Positions 1 to 10,225 of a stretch of DNA of 64,000 bases are shown here, piece after piece. Position 1 is the first letter of the stretch; each line of letters starts with the position of its first letter. The DNA is from an uncultured Nitrososphaerota archaeon (lineage in GTDB: Archaea > Thermoproteota > Nitrososphaeria > Nitrososphaerales > Gagatemarchaeaceae): contig CAVRAG010000007.1 in the NCBI GenBank assembly GCA_963718895.1, positions 448,001 to 512,000 of the forward strand, written 5' to 3'. The translations under genes were made by a program, and so were the position numbers. The notes beneath the pieces were generated by a model that saw only the letters and a program-made list of their open reading frames with translations, made no database searches and was not told where the DNA came from.

Positions 1-1
1 C

Positions 2-2044
2 ACCCTGGAACTGCCCCTCGACGAGCATCGGGTTGATCAGCTTGCCGCAGTCGTCGACCCCGAAGTACTTGTTGAGCTTCACAACGCCGGTCTCCCTGTC
101 GACCTCGACGACTGCTATGTGAGTCCCGAACGGGAACGTGTAGTTGGGGGGAGCGTAGGCCGTGTAGGCGAAGAGCGTCGACTCCATCCCCTCGGGGAGG
201 GCCTCCGGGTCGTAGGCCAGCTTTGCGACCTCCTCGAACTTGAGCGACTTGCTGGGGTTGTTCTCGGCGTAGATCTTTCCGTCCTGGAAGACCATCTTCC
301 GTGCGTCCGAGAGCTGCATGTTGTGGGCCGCTATCCGCCCCATCTTTTCCTTGAGCTTCCGAGCGGAGAGGAGGACGGCCGTCCCGGTGAGGGCGCCCGA
401 CCGGCTCCCCGCGGTCATGGAGGACCACGGAAGCATGTCGGTGTCGCCGTGCTGGACGGTGAAGCTCTCGACGGGGACACCCAGCTCGTCTGCCGCGACC
501 TGGATCATTGTGATGGCGTGGCCCTGGCCGTGGGGGTGTCCCCCAATCGTTATCACTATCCGGCCGTCCTTGTGGATCGTGACGGCCGCGGTCTGGGCCA
601 TCCCGGGCCCGAAGCCGCATATCTCGGTCCAGGTCACGATCCCGATCCCGAAGAGTCGTCCGGCCTGCCTTGCCTCCCTCTGCTCCTGAAGCAGCCCCTT
701 GTAGTCGGAGACCTCGAGAGCCTTGGTCATGTTCGTCTCATAGTCGGCGCTGTCGTAGGTGTACCCTCCGGGCGTCTTGAAGGGGAACTTGTCCTTGCTG
801 ATGTAGTTGACCCTGCGGACCTTGACCGGATCAAGCTTGAGCTGGGCCGCCAGGACGTTCATGGTGCGCTCAAGCAGATAGGCGGCCTCGGGGCGGCCGG
901 CACCCCTGTAGGCCCCGTGCGGGACCTTGTTGGTGAAGACGGAGAAGACGTCTGCCTCGTAGGCTGGGATGTCGTAGACTCCCGTCCCCATCTTCGCGGT
1001 CAGCTCCGGAAGCCCGGTCGTGGCGCCGTCGGAGTACGCGCCCCCGTCCGAGAGAATCTTGATCTTGTACCCAAGTATCTTGCCATCCTTGCGGACGGCG
1101 ACCTCGGCCCACTGGTTCTGGCCCCGTCCGTGGGTCATCGTGAGCATGTGCTCGCGCCTGCTCTCCTCCCACTTTATCGGGCGCTTGAAGAACCTCGCCG
1201 CGTAGCAGACGACGACGTCCTCCTGGTAGGCTGCCGACTTGCCCCCGAACCCTCCCCCGACGTCGGGAGCGATGACGCGCACGCTCGAGGCGTGGACCCT
1301 CAGCAGGTCGGCCAGCGTGTCCCTCATGTTGTGGGGGTCCTGGGTCGAGAGCCAGACGGTCAGCATGTCGTTCCCCGAGTCATAGCTGGCCGCGAGCCCC
1401 CTCGGCTCCATCGAGACGGGGTGGACTCGCTGGCTGATGAGCTTGACCTTGACGACCTTGTCCGCGTTCCGGAAGGCCTCCTTTATGTCGCCGTGCCTGT
1501 GGACGAGACGGTAGCCGATGTTGTCCGGGATCTCTTCGTGGACCTTCGGGGAGCCCGGTCTGATTGCGGCCTCCACGTCGACGACCGCCTCGAGGGGCTC
1601 ATAGTCGACCTCCACGAGCTCCGCCGCGTCCTCCGCCTGGTAGGCGCTCTCGGCGAAGACGACCGCGACCGCCTCACCCGCGAAGTTGACCTCACCGACG
1701 GCGAGCATCTTCCTCGTCGTCGCCTTCTTCACGCCCTCCGTCGTCGTGGCCCCCTCTGACCCGGCCCTGTCCACCGTGGGCATGGGGTCGACCTTGCCCT
1801 CGAGGTCCTTTCCCGTGAGGGCCCCGAAGACCCCGGGGGATGAGAGCGCGGGCTCGACGTTCACGCTGAGGACCTTGGCGTGCGCGTGCGGGCTCCTCAC
1901 GAATACCGCGTAGAGCATGTTTGGAAACTTGAGGTCGTCAAGGTAGCCCCCGGCGCCCGTCATGAACTTCGGGTCCTCGGTCCGCCTTAGCGATTGTCCG
2001 ACCAGGCGCTTCCCCTTCTGGACTGTCTGCTGTGCTAGAGCCAT
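2..2044 (-). CDS. Xanthine dehydrogenase/CoxL-family molybdopterin large subunit (form II-like), runs off the left edge
   Basis: Manual translation from ATG 2044: MALAQQTVQKGKRLVGQSLRRTEDPKFMTGAGGYLDDLKFPNMLYAVFVRSPHAHA; active-site loop AYRGAGR at 913-893; GGGFGGK motif. Confidence 0.9.
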   Translation of the reverse strand, partial: MALAQQTVQKGKRLVGQSLRRTEDPKFMTGAGGYLDDLKFPNMLYAVFVRSPHAHAKVLSVNVEPALSSPGVFGALTGKDLEGKVDPMPTVDRAGSEGATTTEGVKKATTRKMLAVGEVNFAGEAVAVVFAESAYQAEDAAELVEVDYEPLEAVVDVEAAIRPGSPKVHEEIPDNIGYRLVHRHGDIKEAFRNADKVVKVKLISQRVHPVSMEPRGLAASYDSGNDMLTVWLSTQDPHNMRDTLADLLRVHASSVRVIAPDVGGGFGGKSAAYQEDVVVCYAARFFKRPIKWEESRREHMLTMTHGRGQNQWAEVAVRKDGKILGYKIKILSDGGAYSDGATTGLPELTAKMGTGVYDIPAYEADVFSVFTNKVPHGAYRGAGRPEAAYLLERTMNVLAAQLKLDPVKVRRVNYISKDKFPFKTPGGYTYDSADYETNMTKALEVSDYKGLLQEQREARQAGRLFGIGIVTWTEICGFGPGMAQTAAVTIHKDGRIVITIGGHPHGQGHAITMIQVAADELGVPVESFTVQHGDTDMLPWSSMTAGSRSGALTGTAVLLSARKLKEKMGRIAAHNMQLSDARKMVFQDGKIYAENNPSKSLKFEEVAKLAYDPEALPEGMESTLFAYTAYAPPNYTFPFGTHIAVVEVDRETGVVKLNKYFGVDDCGKLINPMLVEGQFQG

Positions 2045-2084
2045 CGGGCACCGGTTCGAGACGACCTACGTTATCAAAGTTTTG

Positions 2085-3314
2085 TTATGAACTTCTCTGC
2101 ATCGTCGCCGACCGCTCCTCGCCGGTGGAGACGAGAGTAACCTTCACCTTCAGCTCGTCCTCGAGGAATTCGACCAGCTGCTCGGCGGCCTGCGGCAGGT
2201 GGTTCTCCCTCAGCTCCAGGCCGAAGAACGAGGGCATGGTTTGGTACACGGGCTTCGCCTCGGCGAGCCTTGGGAGGGCCCTAGAGAAGTCGCTCGACTC
2301 CTCGCCGTCGAGCGAGTAGGCCACACAGACCTTCATCTCCTTGACCTTGGTGAGTATGTCTACCTTCATGAGCGCGAGCTCGGAGACCCCGTTCAGTCTC
2401 ACCGCGTACTTCAGCCCCACCAGGTCCAGCCAACCGACCCGTCGCGGCCTCCCCGTCGTCGCGCCGTACTCCTTCCCCTCTTTCCTGATCTTCTCGCCGC
2501 TCTCACCCGGTATCTCCGTGGGGAACGGTCCGCCCCCGACCCGGGTCGTGTAGGCCTTGGCCACCCCCATCACGTCCCCGAGGGCACTGTTCGGTATCCC
2601 GAGCCCCGCGGGCACGTAGCTGGCGAGGGTGTGGGCCCCGGTCACATAGGGATAGGTTCCGAAGATTAGGTCGAGGAGCGTCCCCTGCGCGCCTTCGAAC
2701 ATCACCGAGTGCCCGGCATCGTTGAGCGCCATCACCTCTCCCCCTACGTCTCCCATCTTCCCGGCGAGGACCTTCCTGGACTTCTCGGTCCATGGGCCTA
2801 GGTCGGGGATCTCCTTCAGGAACGACCTGTAGAAGTCTACGGCCGAGCTCAGGTCGAACTCTCCGTTCACGAGGTCGCCTGCGCGGGGCGTCAGGCGGAG
2901 CGCTCGCATGGCGTACGATGGACCGATGCCTCGCCTGGTCGTCCCTATCGCCTTGCCCCCCCTAAGTCCCTCGATGAAAGAGTCCATCTCCTTCTCGAGC
3001 GGGGTGACCAGCGTGCAGCGCTCGTCGACCATGAGGTCCGCCTGGCCGCCCTCTCTCGCCAGCATGCTCAACTCCTCGTCCAGGGTGAGTGGGTCGAGCG
3101 CGACTCCCGGCCCGATAAGCAGCCTCTTCTTCTTGAGCGAGCCGGACGGGAGAAGATGGAAGACGAAGGACCTCCCGTTGATGACGATTGTATGACCGGC
3201 GTTGCTCCCGCCATTGTACCTTATGACCGCCCTGAACCTATCAGCGTAGTAGTCGACAATCTTCCCTTTGCCTTCGTCGCCCCATTGAAGGCCTACGATG
3301 CAGAGATTGCGCAC
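2085..3314 (-). CDS. purA: Adenylosuccinate synthetase
   Basis: GLQWGDEGKGKIVD, GGSNAGHT, EGAQG, GATTGRPRRVGWLD motifs. Confidence 0.97.
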   Translation of the reverse strand: MRNLCIVGLQWGDEGKGKIVDYYADRFRAVIRYNGGSNAGHTIVINGRSFVFHLLPSGSLKKKRLLIGPGVALDPLTLDEELSMLAREGGQADLMVDERCTLVTPLEKEMDSFIEGLRGGKAIGTTRRGIGPSYAMRALRLTPRAGDLVNGEFDLSSAVDFYRSFLKEIPDLGPWTEKSRKVLAGKMGDVGGEVMALNDAGHSVMFEGAQGTLLDLIFGTYPYVTGAHTLASYVPAGLGIPNSALGDVMGVAKAYTTRVGGGPFPTEIPGESGEKIRKEGKEYGATTGRPRRVGWLDLVGLKYAVRLNGVSELALMKVDILTKVKEMKVCVAYSLDGEESSDFSRALPRLAEAKPVYQTMPSFFGLELRENHLPQAAEQLVEFLEDELKVKVTLVSTGEERSATMQRSS

Positions 3315-3774
3315 ATGCCACGAGTTGGCTCCGAGAGGATTTAACTGTATGCGGCACGGGGAAGACAGGCTCGACTAGTCGGAGGGACGGACGCCGCGTC
3401 TGCGCATTCCTAGAGCCCCAGCTTGCCTTCGCGGTCGGGCGGATCCTCACGTAGGAGTGGCCGTCCTCGCACAGGACCTCGGCGGTGCCTCTGACCTCGA
3501 CCCCGCGGGCTCTCCACGGGCTCGTCGAGACCACGTCGTCGATCACGACCGCCACCTTCTCGTTCTGGAGGAGCTGGCGGAACTTGAGGCTCTTCGCCAG
3601 GCGCCTTCCGCTGAAGTAGATGTAACGTCCGTCGAACTCGAAGAGGACGGGGACGACGTGAGGCTGGCCGTCTCTGGAGGCGGTGGCTATCCTGGCCAGG
3701 CCTCCGTGACAGAGGAAGACCGCCTCCTTCTCGGTGAAGACGCAGGGTCCCGGTTGGAGCTCCATCAGATGCAC
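3241..3774 (-). CDS. Pyridoxamine 5'-phosphate oxidase-like (PPOX class, possibly F420-dependent) protein; true end probably near 3410
   Basis: LARIATASRDGQPHVVPV, VAVVIDD, PWRARGVEVRG; the tail overlapping purA is likely due to an indel at WG. Confidence 0.8.
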   Translation of the reverse strand: MHLMELQPGPCVFTEKEAVFLCHGGLARIATASRDGQPHVVPVLFEFDGRYIYFSGRRLAKSLKFRQLLQNEKVAVVIDDVVSTSPWRARGVEVRGTAEVLCEDGHSYVRIRPTAKASWGSRNAQTRRPSLRLVEPVFPVPHTVKSSRSQLVACAQSLHRRPSMGRRRQREDCRLLR

Positions 3775-3982
3775 GGTGGGGACCCCGGTAATATAGTAGG
3801 TAGTTATCCCCTACTAAGTAGGTAGACAGGAGCTTAGCTGGTCAAGTCCGGGTTACCCCCGCGCTCCCCTCGCGGGTCCCACCTCGGCGAGGACGCTGTC
3901 AGGCGGATGGAGGAGATCCGTGGTCCTCGTGGGAGACGGACGTGCAATAGACTTAATTTTTCCGACAGTCCCCGGGAGTTCG

Positions 3983-5431
3983 ATGAAGGAGTACGACGTC
4001 ATCGTCATAGGAACGGGGTCCGCGACGAACCTGCTCGATCCGATGATCCAGAGAAACCCCAAGATCAAGATAGCGGCCATCGACAAGGACGAGCCGGGTG
4101 GCATCTGCCTGACGCGCGGCTGCATCCCGTCGAAGCTGCTGCTCTATCCCGCAGAGCTCGTGAGGACGTTGGAGAAGGGAAACGACCTCGGGGTCTCAGC
4201 TGAGGTGAAGGTCGACTTTCCCAAGATCATGAGGCGGATGAGGACACTCGTCGACAGAGACATCAATTCCATCAGGGAGGGCCTCTCGACCAGCCCGAAC
4301 ATAGACTACTACCACGCCTCGGCCGAATTCGTCGCGCCTTACACCTTGCAGGTGGCGGACGAGACGATACGAGGGAAGCAGCTCTTCCTCTGCACCGGTT
4401 CCCGCACAGCCATTCCGCCGATAGAGAACCTTGAGAAGGTGGGTTACCTGACCAGCGACAGCGTACTGAGACTCACGAGGCTCCCCGCGAGCATCGCCAT
4501 AATCGGAGGGGGGTACATCGCCGCCGAGTACGGCCACTTCTTCTCGAGCATGGGATCCACCGTCACGATACTGGGGAGGAACAGCCAGTTCCTGCCCGGT
4601 TACGAGCCGGAGGTCGCGCTCGTCGCGCGGCGGGAGCTCGAGAGGCACATGACGATAATCACCAACAGGGAGGTGGTAGAGGCTGGGGAGAAGGACGGTG
4701 TGAAGACCCTGAAGGCAAAGGACAATGAGAGCGGGGAGATCTCGGTGGTTGAAGCGGAGGAGGTGATGGTCGCCGCGGGGAGGGAATCGCTCGTCGACAT
4801 TCTCCATCCCGAGAGGGCCGGAATCACGACGGGTCCCGGCGGCTGGATCGCCGTAGACGAGTACATGCAGACGAGTCAGCCGAACGTCTGGGCGCTGGGT
4901 GACGCCGACGGCAGGTACCTCTTCAAGCACGTAGCGAACTACGAGTCGCGGGTAGTCTACTACAACGCGGTCTTGGAGCAGAGGATGAAGGCGGACTATC
5001 ACGCCGTTCCCTCACGCGGTCTTCACCTACCCGGAGGCCGCCGGGGTCGGACTGACTGAGAAGGAGGCGGTCGAGCTCAACGGGGAGGAAGACGTCGTGA
5101 TCGGGTTCTATCAGTACGAGAACACCGCCAAGGGCGAGGCGATGGGCGCCAAGGACTACTTCGTCAAGGCCGTCGTGCAGCGCAGCTCGATGAGGATCCT
5201 GGGAGCTCAGATAGTCGGTCCCCACGCGTCTATCCTGATACAGGAGATCGTGAACGTGATGTACACCCCCGAGCAGAGCGCCTCGGTGGTGAACCAGGCC
5301 ATGCACATCCACCCGGCATTGAGCGAGGTCGTACAGCGAGCATTCTCTCGCTCGTGCCCCCTGGCGACTACCATCACATGCTTGGTCACCTCGGACTCGA
5401 GGCCCACGAGGACGACCACCACGACGAGTAG
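3983..5431 (+). CDS. Flavin disulfide oxidoreductase (dihydrolipoamide dehydrogenase/mycothione reductase-like), frameshifted near 5010 and 5345
   Basis: IGTGS, GGICLTRGCIPSK redox disulfide, GGGYIAAE, HIHPALSEVV in the downstream frame. Confidence 0.88.
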
Positions 5432-5509
5432 CGCCCACAGCCGCGGAGCAGGACCACACCCTCGGCGGGCGTCACGCTCTTAAGCAGGAAGGAGTGTGTC
5501 CTGGCGACC

Positions 5510-6073
5510 GTGATCATACTGCCTGACGCCTTCAACTTCGGGGAGGCCGACACGGTCGTCACCTTCGTCAGCTCCCTGGCAATTATCCTGGGCGCCGTCT
5601 TCGTCGTCTTCGAGCTGAGAGACAACAAGAGGATGGTCGCCGCAGCGAACGAGCAGGCAAGGGCCGCCACGCTCCAGGCCAAGGCGAGCACCGAGCAGAT
5701 GAAGCAGACCAACACCATCGCAGACATGGACATGATCATGCGACTCTACGAGTTCGCCAACACCAGGGAGTTCCAGACCTCGTGGCTGACCGTGCTGAAC
5801 TCAAGGCTCAGTTCCTTCGAGGAATTCGAGAAGCTGCCGAGAGAGGAACAGGTCGCGTTCTACCAGGTGGCCTCGCTCTTCGAGTCGCTGGGAGTCCTGG
5901 CGAAGATGGAGATCGTCAAGCTCGAAACGGTGGAGGACATGTTCGTCCCAGAGACCGCATGGACGGCGATGAAGCCCTTCCTGGAGGGCGTCCCATCGAA
6001 GTACGGTGGGGAGGGGTTCACCTACTTCGAGAAGCTGAAGGACGACATCGCCAAGCTCCACGCGCAGCCCTGA
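5510..6073 (+). CDS. Membrane-anchored hypothetical protein (DUF4760-like)
   Basis: N-terminal TM helix, coiled segment, FESLGVL motif; host-like codon use. Confidence 0.65.
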   Translation: MIILPDAFNFGEADTVVTFVSSLAIILGAVFVVFELRDNKRMVAAANEQARAATLQAKASTEQMKQTNTIADMDMIMRLYEFANTREFQTSWLTVLNSRLSSFEEFEKLPREEQVAFYQVASLFESLGVLAKMEIVKLETVEDMFVPETAWTAMKPFLEGVPSKYGGEGFTYFEKLKDDIAKLHAQP

Positions 6074-6166
6074 GCCGGGCAAAGTCGTCAACGGCCGACC
6101 GGTACCTCTCGTCCACGCCTCGAGGACAGCGGGCCGGACGGAACCTGATCCTCCTGCGACCTCACG

Positions 6167-6607
6167 CTACTGGTTTTCGCCGAGTATTGTGAAGAAGGTC
6201 TCAGCTGTCATGTACGTTCCGTCCGAGGGGACGTGGAGACTGCACCTCATCGGCTTGATGTACTTCGTCGGTTCTGCCAGCTTGATGACCAGCATCTCAT
6301 CGCTCTCGGTCTTGCCGGAGCTCGCCAGATACTCGTCGAGTTCCTGACCAGAGAGGCACAGGTCGCCCCCGTACCGCCGGACTCCGCTGACGGGCTCACG
6401 GGACACGCTCGAGACCCTTCCCTCTGCGTCGAGGAACCTCGCGCCTCCGGAGACATACAGGAACGCCCTGTCTCCCGGCTCGAGGTCAGACGGAAACTCG
6501 TCGACGAAGAGCGCGATGATTGGGCGATGGTGTAGCACCCTGTTTATGGTCTCCCCTTCGAGGGGCAGTATTATCCCGGTGACGCCGTTCTTGCCCACGC
6601 CGGGCAC
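6167..6607 (-). CDS. Hypothetical protein, PUA/ASCH-like (DUF365-like)
   Basis: LEPGDRAFLYVSG...AEGRV pattern; abuts the stop of the HoxN gene. Confidence 0.55.
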   Translation of the reverse strand: MPGVGKNGVTGIILPLEGETINRVLHHRPIIALFVDEFPSDLEPGDRAFLYVSGGARFLDAEGRVSSVSREPVSGVRRYGGDLCLSGQELDEYLASSGKTESDEMLVIKLAEPTKYIKPMRCSLHVPSDGTYMTAETFFTILGENQ

Positions 6608-7705
6608 CTACGGCTGTGCGCTGATAGAGCCACCGGTCGGGGCCGAGACGGCCAAGATGTTGGAGTACTTCTGTTCGAACCCGTTCAGCCGCCAGTAGGC
6701 CATAGAGACGACCCAAGACACGACGAAGAGACCTACGATGCCGAAGCCGATGGTCTCAAAGTCCAGGCCCTGTACCCAGATCCAGAAACCGCCCGAAAGC
6801 CTGAGTTCTGTCGAGAGGACCTGGAGCACCTCTATCGAACCGACGACCCACGCCACCATCACCGAGATTATCGTCACCGTGAGGTTGTAGTAGACCTTCC
6901 TCAGCGGATGGAGGAAGGCCCACCCGTAGGCGACCCTCATCAGGACCCCGTCGGTCGTGTCGACGAGGACCATCCCGCAGGTGAACATCAGGGGCAGGAC
7001 CAGGATGTAGTAGAGTGGTATGCTCGTGGACACCCCGACCCCCACGCTGATCGCGATCAGCGCGACCTCGGTCGCCGTGTCGAAGCCCAGGCCGAACAGG
7101 ACCCCAATCGGGTAGATCTGCCACGGCTTCTTGACGATCTTGAACAAGGGATGGAAGTACCGGTTCAGGAAGCCGCGGTTCTCCATCAGTCTGTCGAGCT
7201 CGGCCTGGTCCGTCTTCCCTTCCTTCATTGCCCTGAAGATCCTGTAGACCCCTAGGACGATCAGGACGTTCACGAGGCCGATAATCCACAGGAACCCTCC
7301 GGAGATCAGGGTGCCGAAGACGTTGCCAGCAGCCTGCAATTCAGGTATGCTCGCGCTGACGGCTCGAGTGGCCACCACGAGCGCCACGATAAGCCCCACT
7401 ACGATCGTGGAGTGACCCAGAGAGAACCAGGTCCCGACGGTCAGGGGACGCTTGTTCTCCTGAATGAGCTTCCGGGTCGTGTTGTCTATTGCCGCTATGT
7501 GATCCGCGTCGACCCCGTGGCGGAGGCCGAAGACGTATGAGACGAGGCCCAGCCCAGCGAGGACGATCGCCATGCGCCCAATGGCGAATGACGCAAGGAA
7601 ACCAAACACCGTGACAGCTATTATGAGTCCATAGAGCAGGACCACCCTGACCTTCTCGGTGCCGGTGAGACCCATGACCGACTCAGCCTCTCGTGCCACT
7701 CCCAT
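6608..7705 (-). CDS. HoxN/HupN/NixA high-affinity nickel/cobalt permease
   Basis: LRHGVDADHIAAID, FSLGHSTIVV, LGFDTATE signatures; about 8 TM helices. Confidence 0.95.
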   Translation of the reverse strand: MGVAREAESVMGLTGTEKVRVVLLYGLIIAVTVFGFLASFAIGRMAIVLAGLGLVSYVFGLRHGVDADHIAAIDNTTRKLIQENKRPLTVGTWFSLGHSTIVVGLIVALVVATRAVSASIPELQAAGNVFGTLISGGFLWIIGLVNVLIVLGVYRIFRAMKEGKTDQAELDRLMENRGFLNRYFHPLFKIVKKPWQIYPIGVLFGLGFDTATEVALIAISVGVGVSTSIPLYYILVLPLMFTCGMVLVDTTDGVLMRVAYGWAFLHPLRKVYYNLTVTIISVMVAWVVGSIEVLQVLSTELRLSGGFWIWVQGLDFETIGFGIVGLFVVSWVVSMAYWRLNGFEQKYSNILAVSAPTGGSISAQP

Positions 7706-7776
7706 CGCCCCTTTAACCTCTCAGTTTGCAAAAACAGTGGTGACGGAGGAGCATCACGCTCCTCCGTCCGTCGTTC

Positions 7777-9234
7777 TCAGTTCTGCAGTGCCTCCGCCGT
7801 GTTCGCCAGGTAGCCCTGGTACGGGTGAGGCAGGTACGGGAAGTTGCTCAGGTAGGGCACGGGGTTGGTGGTTCCGTCGTTGAGCAGCGACGCGGCTGCG
7901 TCGGCGGTGAACTTGCTGTTCACGAGCGGGATGGTCGCCCCTGCGATCGCCTGGAGCTCGATTGCCGTCACGTTGTCGAAGACCCTCCGCCCGTTCGGGA
8001 AGCCGGAGGCGTCTCCTCCCAGGAGCCCCAGCCTGTTCGAGGCGTTCGCGGCAGGGTTCGTCGTGGTTATCGCTGGCGGGATGGCCAGGTTCAGTCGCAG
8101 CTCGTCCGCCTGGACGGTGCCCGTGTAGTTCTGGAAGCCTGCGATGATCCCGGTCGGGATGCCCGTGAGCAGGATCGCGACGAGGTCGGGCCGCGTGCTG
8201 TTCGAGGTGGAGTAGGCCGCGAGGTTCGGGAAGACGCCCGGGTAGAGGACCGGCAGCAGTCCCTGGAGCTGAGGGCTGTTGTACGATGCCAGGAACTGAG
8301 AGTCGGCCGCCGGCGCCTGCTGGTTCCAGTAGTCCTTCTGGAGGAGGGGGATCATGACCTCGTTGATCAAGGGGTTCCCGAGGCGGGAGACCTGCAACCA
8401 TGGACCCGCGAGCTCTGCGATGGGTGCGTTGTACTGGTCGGTCTCGAGCACCCTGACCCTCTGGCGGCTCGCGGAGCTCCAGACGCCTATGGTCGCGTTG
8501 GGATCGCTCACGCCTGTCGGGAGCTTCCCCGTGCTCGTCAGTTCGGTGATCGGGACCTGGATCGCTATCGAGTGGACGTTGAAGCTGCTCGTCCCGTCGA
8601 CGCCAGTGGTGGTCGGCGGTGTGGGTATCAGGTGGTCGCTTGCGAAGGGCCTCAGTGTGCCGAGGTCGAAGATTGACCCGAGGTCGACGTAGAACCCGTC
8701 TGCCCTGGGTCCCGCGAAGACGGTCTGGCCCGTCGCCAGCGTGTAGACTGTGTTGGGGAATATTGCGGTGTCGTAGTTGGCGGTCGACCTCGGTCCGATG
8801 TCGGGAGGTGGGACCAGCAGCCCGGTCGCTAGGGTGACGTTGTCCGACGAGAACTGGTCCCTTCTTGACCCGTTGACCTTTGTGACGCTGTACGTCTGCC
8901 AGACGTTCAGGTTGGTGAAGCTCTTGGTGCTCGAGTTGTACGATATCGGTCCGACGTTGTAGAGGAAGGTGGCGCTGTTGGCGACGTGCGTCTGGAACCG
9001 GAACTGGTACGTGATCTCCTCCGCCCCGTCCCCGTCGTTGTCTATCATTATCTCGTAGAGCACGTTCGGGTCGAACCGATAGAAGTTCGGCCCCGCGGCC
9101 GCGCCCTGAAGCGGGATGAAGTTCGAGATCAGGGTCACCGTTGAGGGCTTGTCGGGGCTTACGAAGGCATAGACGTCAGTGTTGTCCGCGGCCGGGTCCG
9201 AGGATATTCCAGGAGCTTCTCTGTGGGAGGTCAT
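7777..9234 (-). CDS. DUF4331-domain protein
   Basis: SHREAP, DNTDVYAF, QVSRLGNPLINE, GFPNGRR motifs. Confidence 0.9.
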   Translation of the reverse strand: MTSHREAPGISSDPAADNTDVYAFVSPDKPSTVTLISNFIPLQGAAAGPNFYRFDPNVLYEIMIDNDGDGAEEITYQFRFQTHVANSATFLYNVGPISYNSSTKSFTNLNVWQTYSVTKVNGSRRDQFSSDNVTLATGLLVPPPDIGPRSTANYDTAIFPNTVYTLATGQTVFAGPRADGFYVDLGSIFDLGTLRPFASDHLIPTPPTTTGVDGTSSFNVHSIAIQVPITELTSTGKLPTGVSDPNATIGVWSSASRQRVRVLETDQYNAPIAELAGPWLQVSRLGNPLINEVMIPLLQKDYWNQQAPAADSQFLASYNSPQLQGLLPVLYPGVFPNLAAYSTSNSTRPDLVAILLTGIPTGIIAGFQNYTGTVQADELRLNLAIPPAITTTNPAANASNRLGLLGGDASGFPNGRRVFDNVTAIELQAIAGATIPLVNSKFTADAAASLLNDGTTNPVPYLSNFPYLPHPYQGYLANTAEALQN

Positions 9235-9235
9235 C

Positions 9236-9553
9236 CTAGTCGAACCTCGCGTGGATCGCGCTCCTCAGCTTCGAGGCGAGCGCGGCGTCCTGTATCTTGA
9301 TCCCCTGAAGACCGCTGTAGCTGCTTACGATGTCCCCTTTGATGACGAGGACGGTCGTCCCTGTGGGGTCCTGCGAGGCCGTGCCGGTGCCCGCTGCGCT
9401 CGCGGGCAGGCTCGCTGGCTTTGCCGGGGCGTTCTGGACCGGGCTTGCCTGAACCCCCCCGGAGAGGTTCCCAAGGTATGGGGCCGCGGCCAGGGCCGCA
9501 GTTGCCGCCATCGCTCCCTTGATGGCATCTCTTCTTGAAAGATAGATTGACAT
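9236..9553 (-). CDS. Small protein with twin-arginine signal peptide
   Basis: MSIYLSRRDAIKGAMAATAALAAA from ATG 9553; stop ends 1 nt before the DUF4331 ATG. Confidence 0.75.
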   Translation of the reverse strand: MSIYLSRRDAIKGAMAATAALAAAPYLGNLSGGVQASPVQNAPAKPASLPASAAGTGTASQDPTGTTVLVIKGDIVSSYSGLQGIKIQDAALASKLRSAIHARFD

Positions 9554-9743
9554 GAACCTAAATTCTGGGGTTACCGTCTTTATACTTAGGCCGAGATTAC
9601 ACCCAATTCTCGCCCGAATCCTGTCTGTGATGAGATTCCTGCAATAATTGTGCAGAACTCTGGTCTGAAGCGCATAACCTACACCAAAAAGGGTACGGCC
9701 GGCGCGCCGAACGTTTATTGAGCGTCCGTGGAAGCGTGGGCCT

Positions 9744-10214
9744 ATGGAGAATGGGGCGAATGTGTTAATCGACCGCGCCGCGGTCGCAGACACGGTCACG
9801 AGGCTCTTCGTCAACACAGATGAGAGAAACTGGAAGGGTGTGGCGGACTGCTTTGCCTCCAAAGTTCTCTTCGACATGTCCTCACTCTCGGGAAGCAAGC
9901 CTTCGAGAGTTGGCCCCAAGAAGATCGTCGATCAGTGGGAGTCCGGGCTAAGAGGGCTGACGGCGGTCCACCACCAGATAGGGAACATGCTGGTCAGCGT
10001 GGAAAGTGGTGAGGCGATGGCGTTCTGCTATGCGACCGCGACCCATTACTTCCCCAACCCGACCGGGAACGAGACACGGACCTTCGTGGGGACCTACGAC
10101 ATCCACCTAATGAGGTCCGAGGACGGCTGGAGGATAGACGCGTTCAGGTTCAATCTGAAGTTCAGTGAGGGCAACGCGCTCCTCTCCGACTTGGCAAGGA
10201 AGGCATCCCGGTAG
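9744..10214 (+). CDS. NTF2/SnoaL-like domain protein
   Basis: DRAAVADTV...TDERNW, VHHQIGN, GTYDIHL..DGWRI. Confidence 0.85.
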   Translation: MENGANVLIDRAAVADTVTRLFVNTDERNWKGVADCFASKVLFDMSSLSGSKPSRVGPKKIVDQWESGLRGLTAVHHQIGNMLVSVESGEAMAFCYATATHYFPNPTGNETRTFVGTYDIHLMRSEDGWRIDAFRFNLKFSEGNALLSDLARKASR

Positions 10215-10225
10215 GAGCGGAGCCA

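Noticed and set aside
119-1759. 546-aa plus-strand ORF and similar long antisense ORFs (e.g. 20531-21742, 7825-8676)
   Set aside because: Shadows of high-GC genes on the opposite strand; no motifs.
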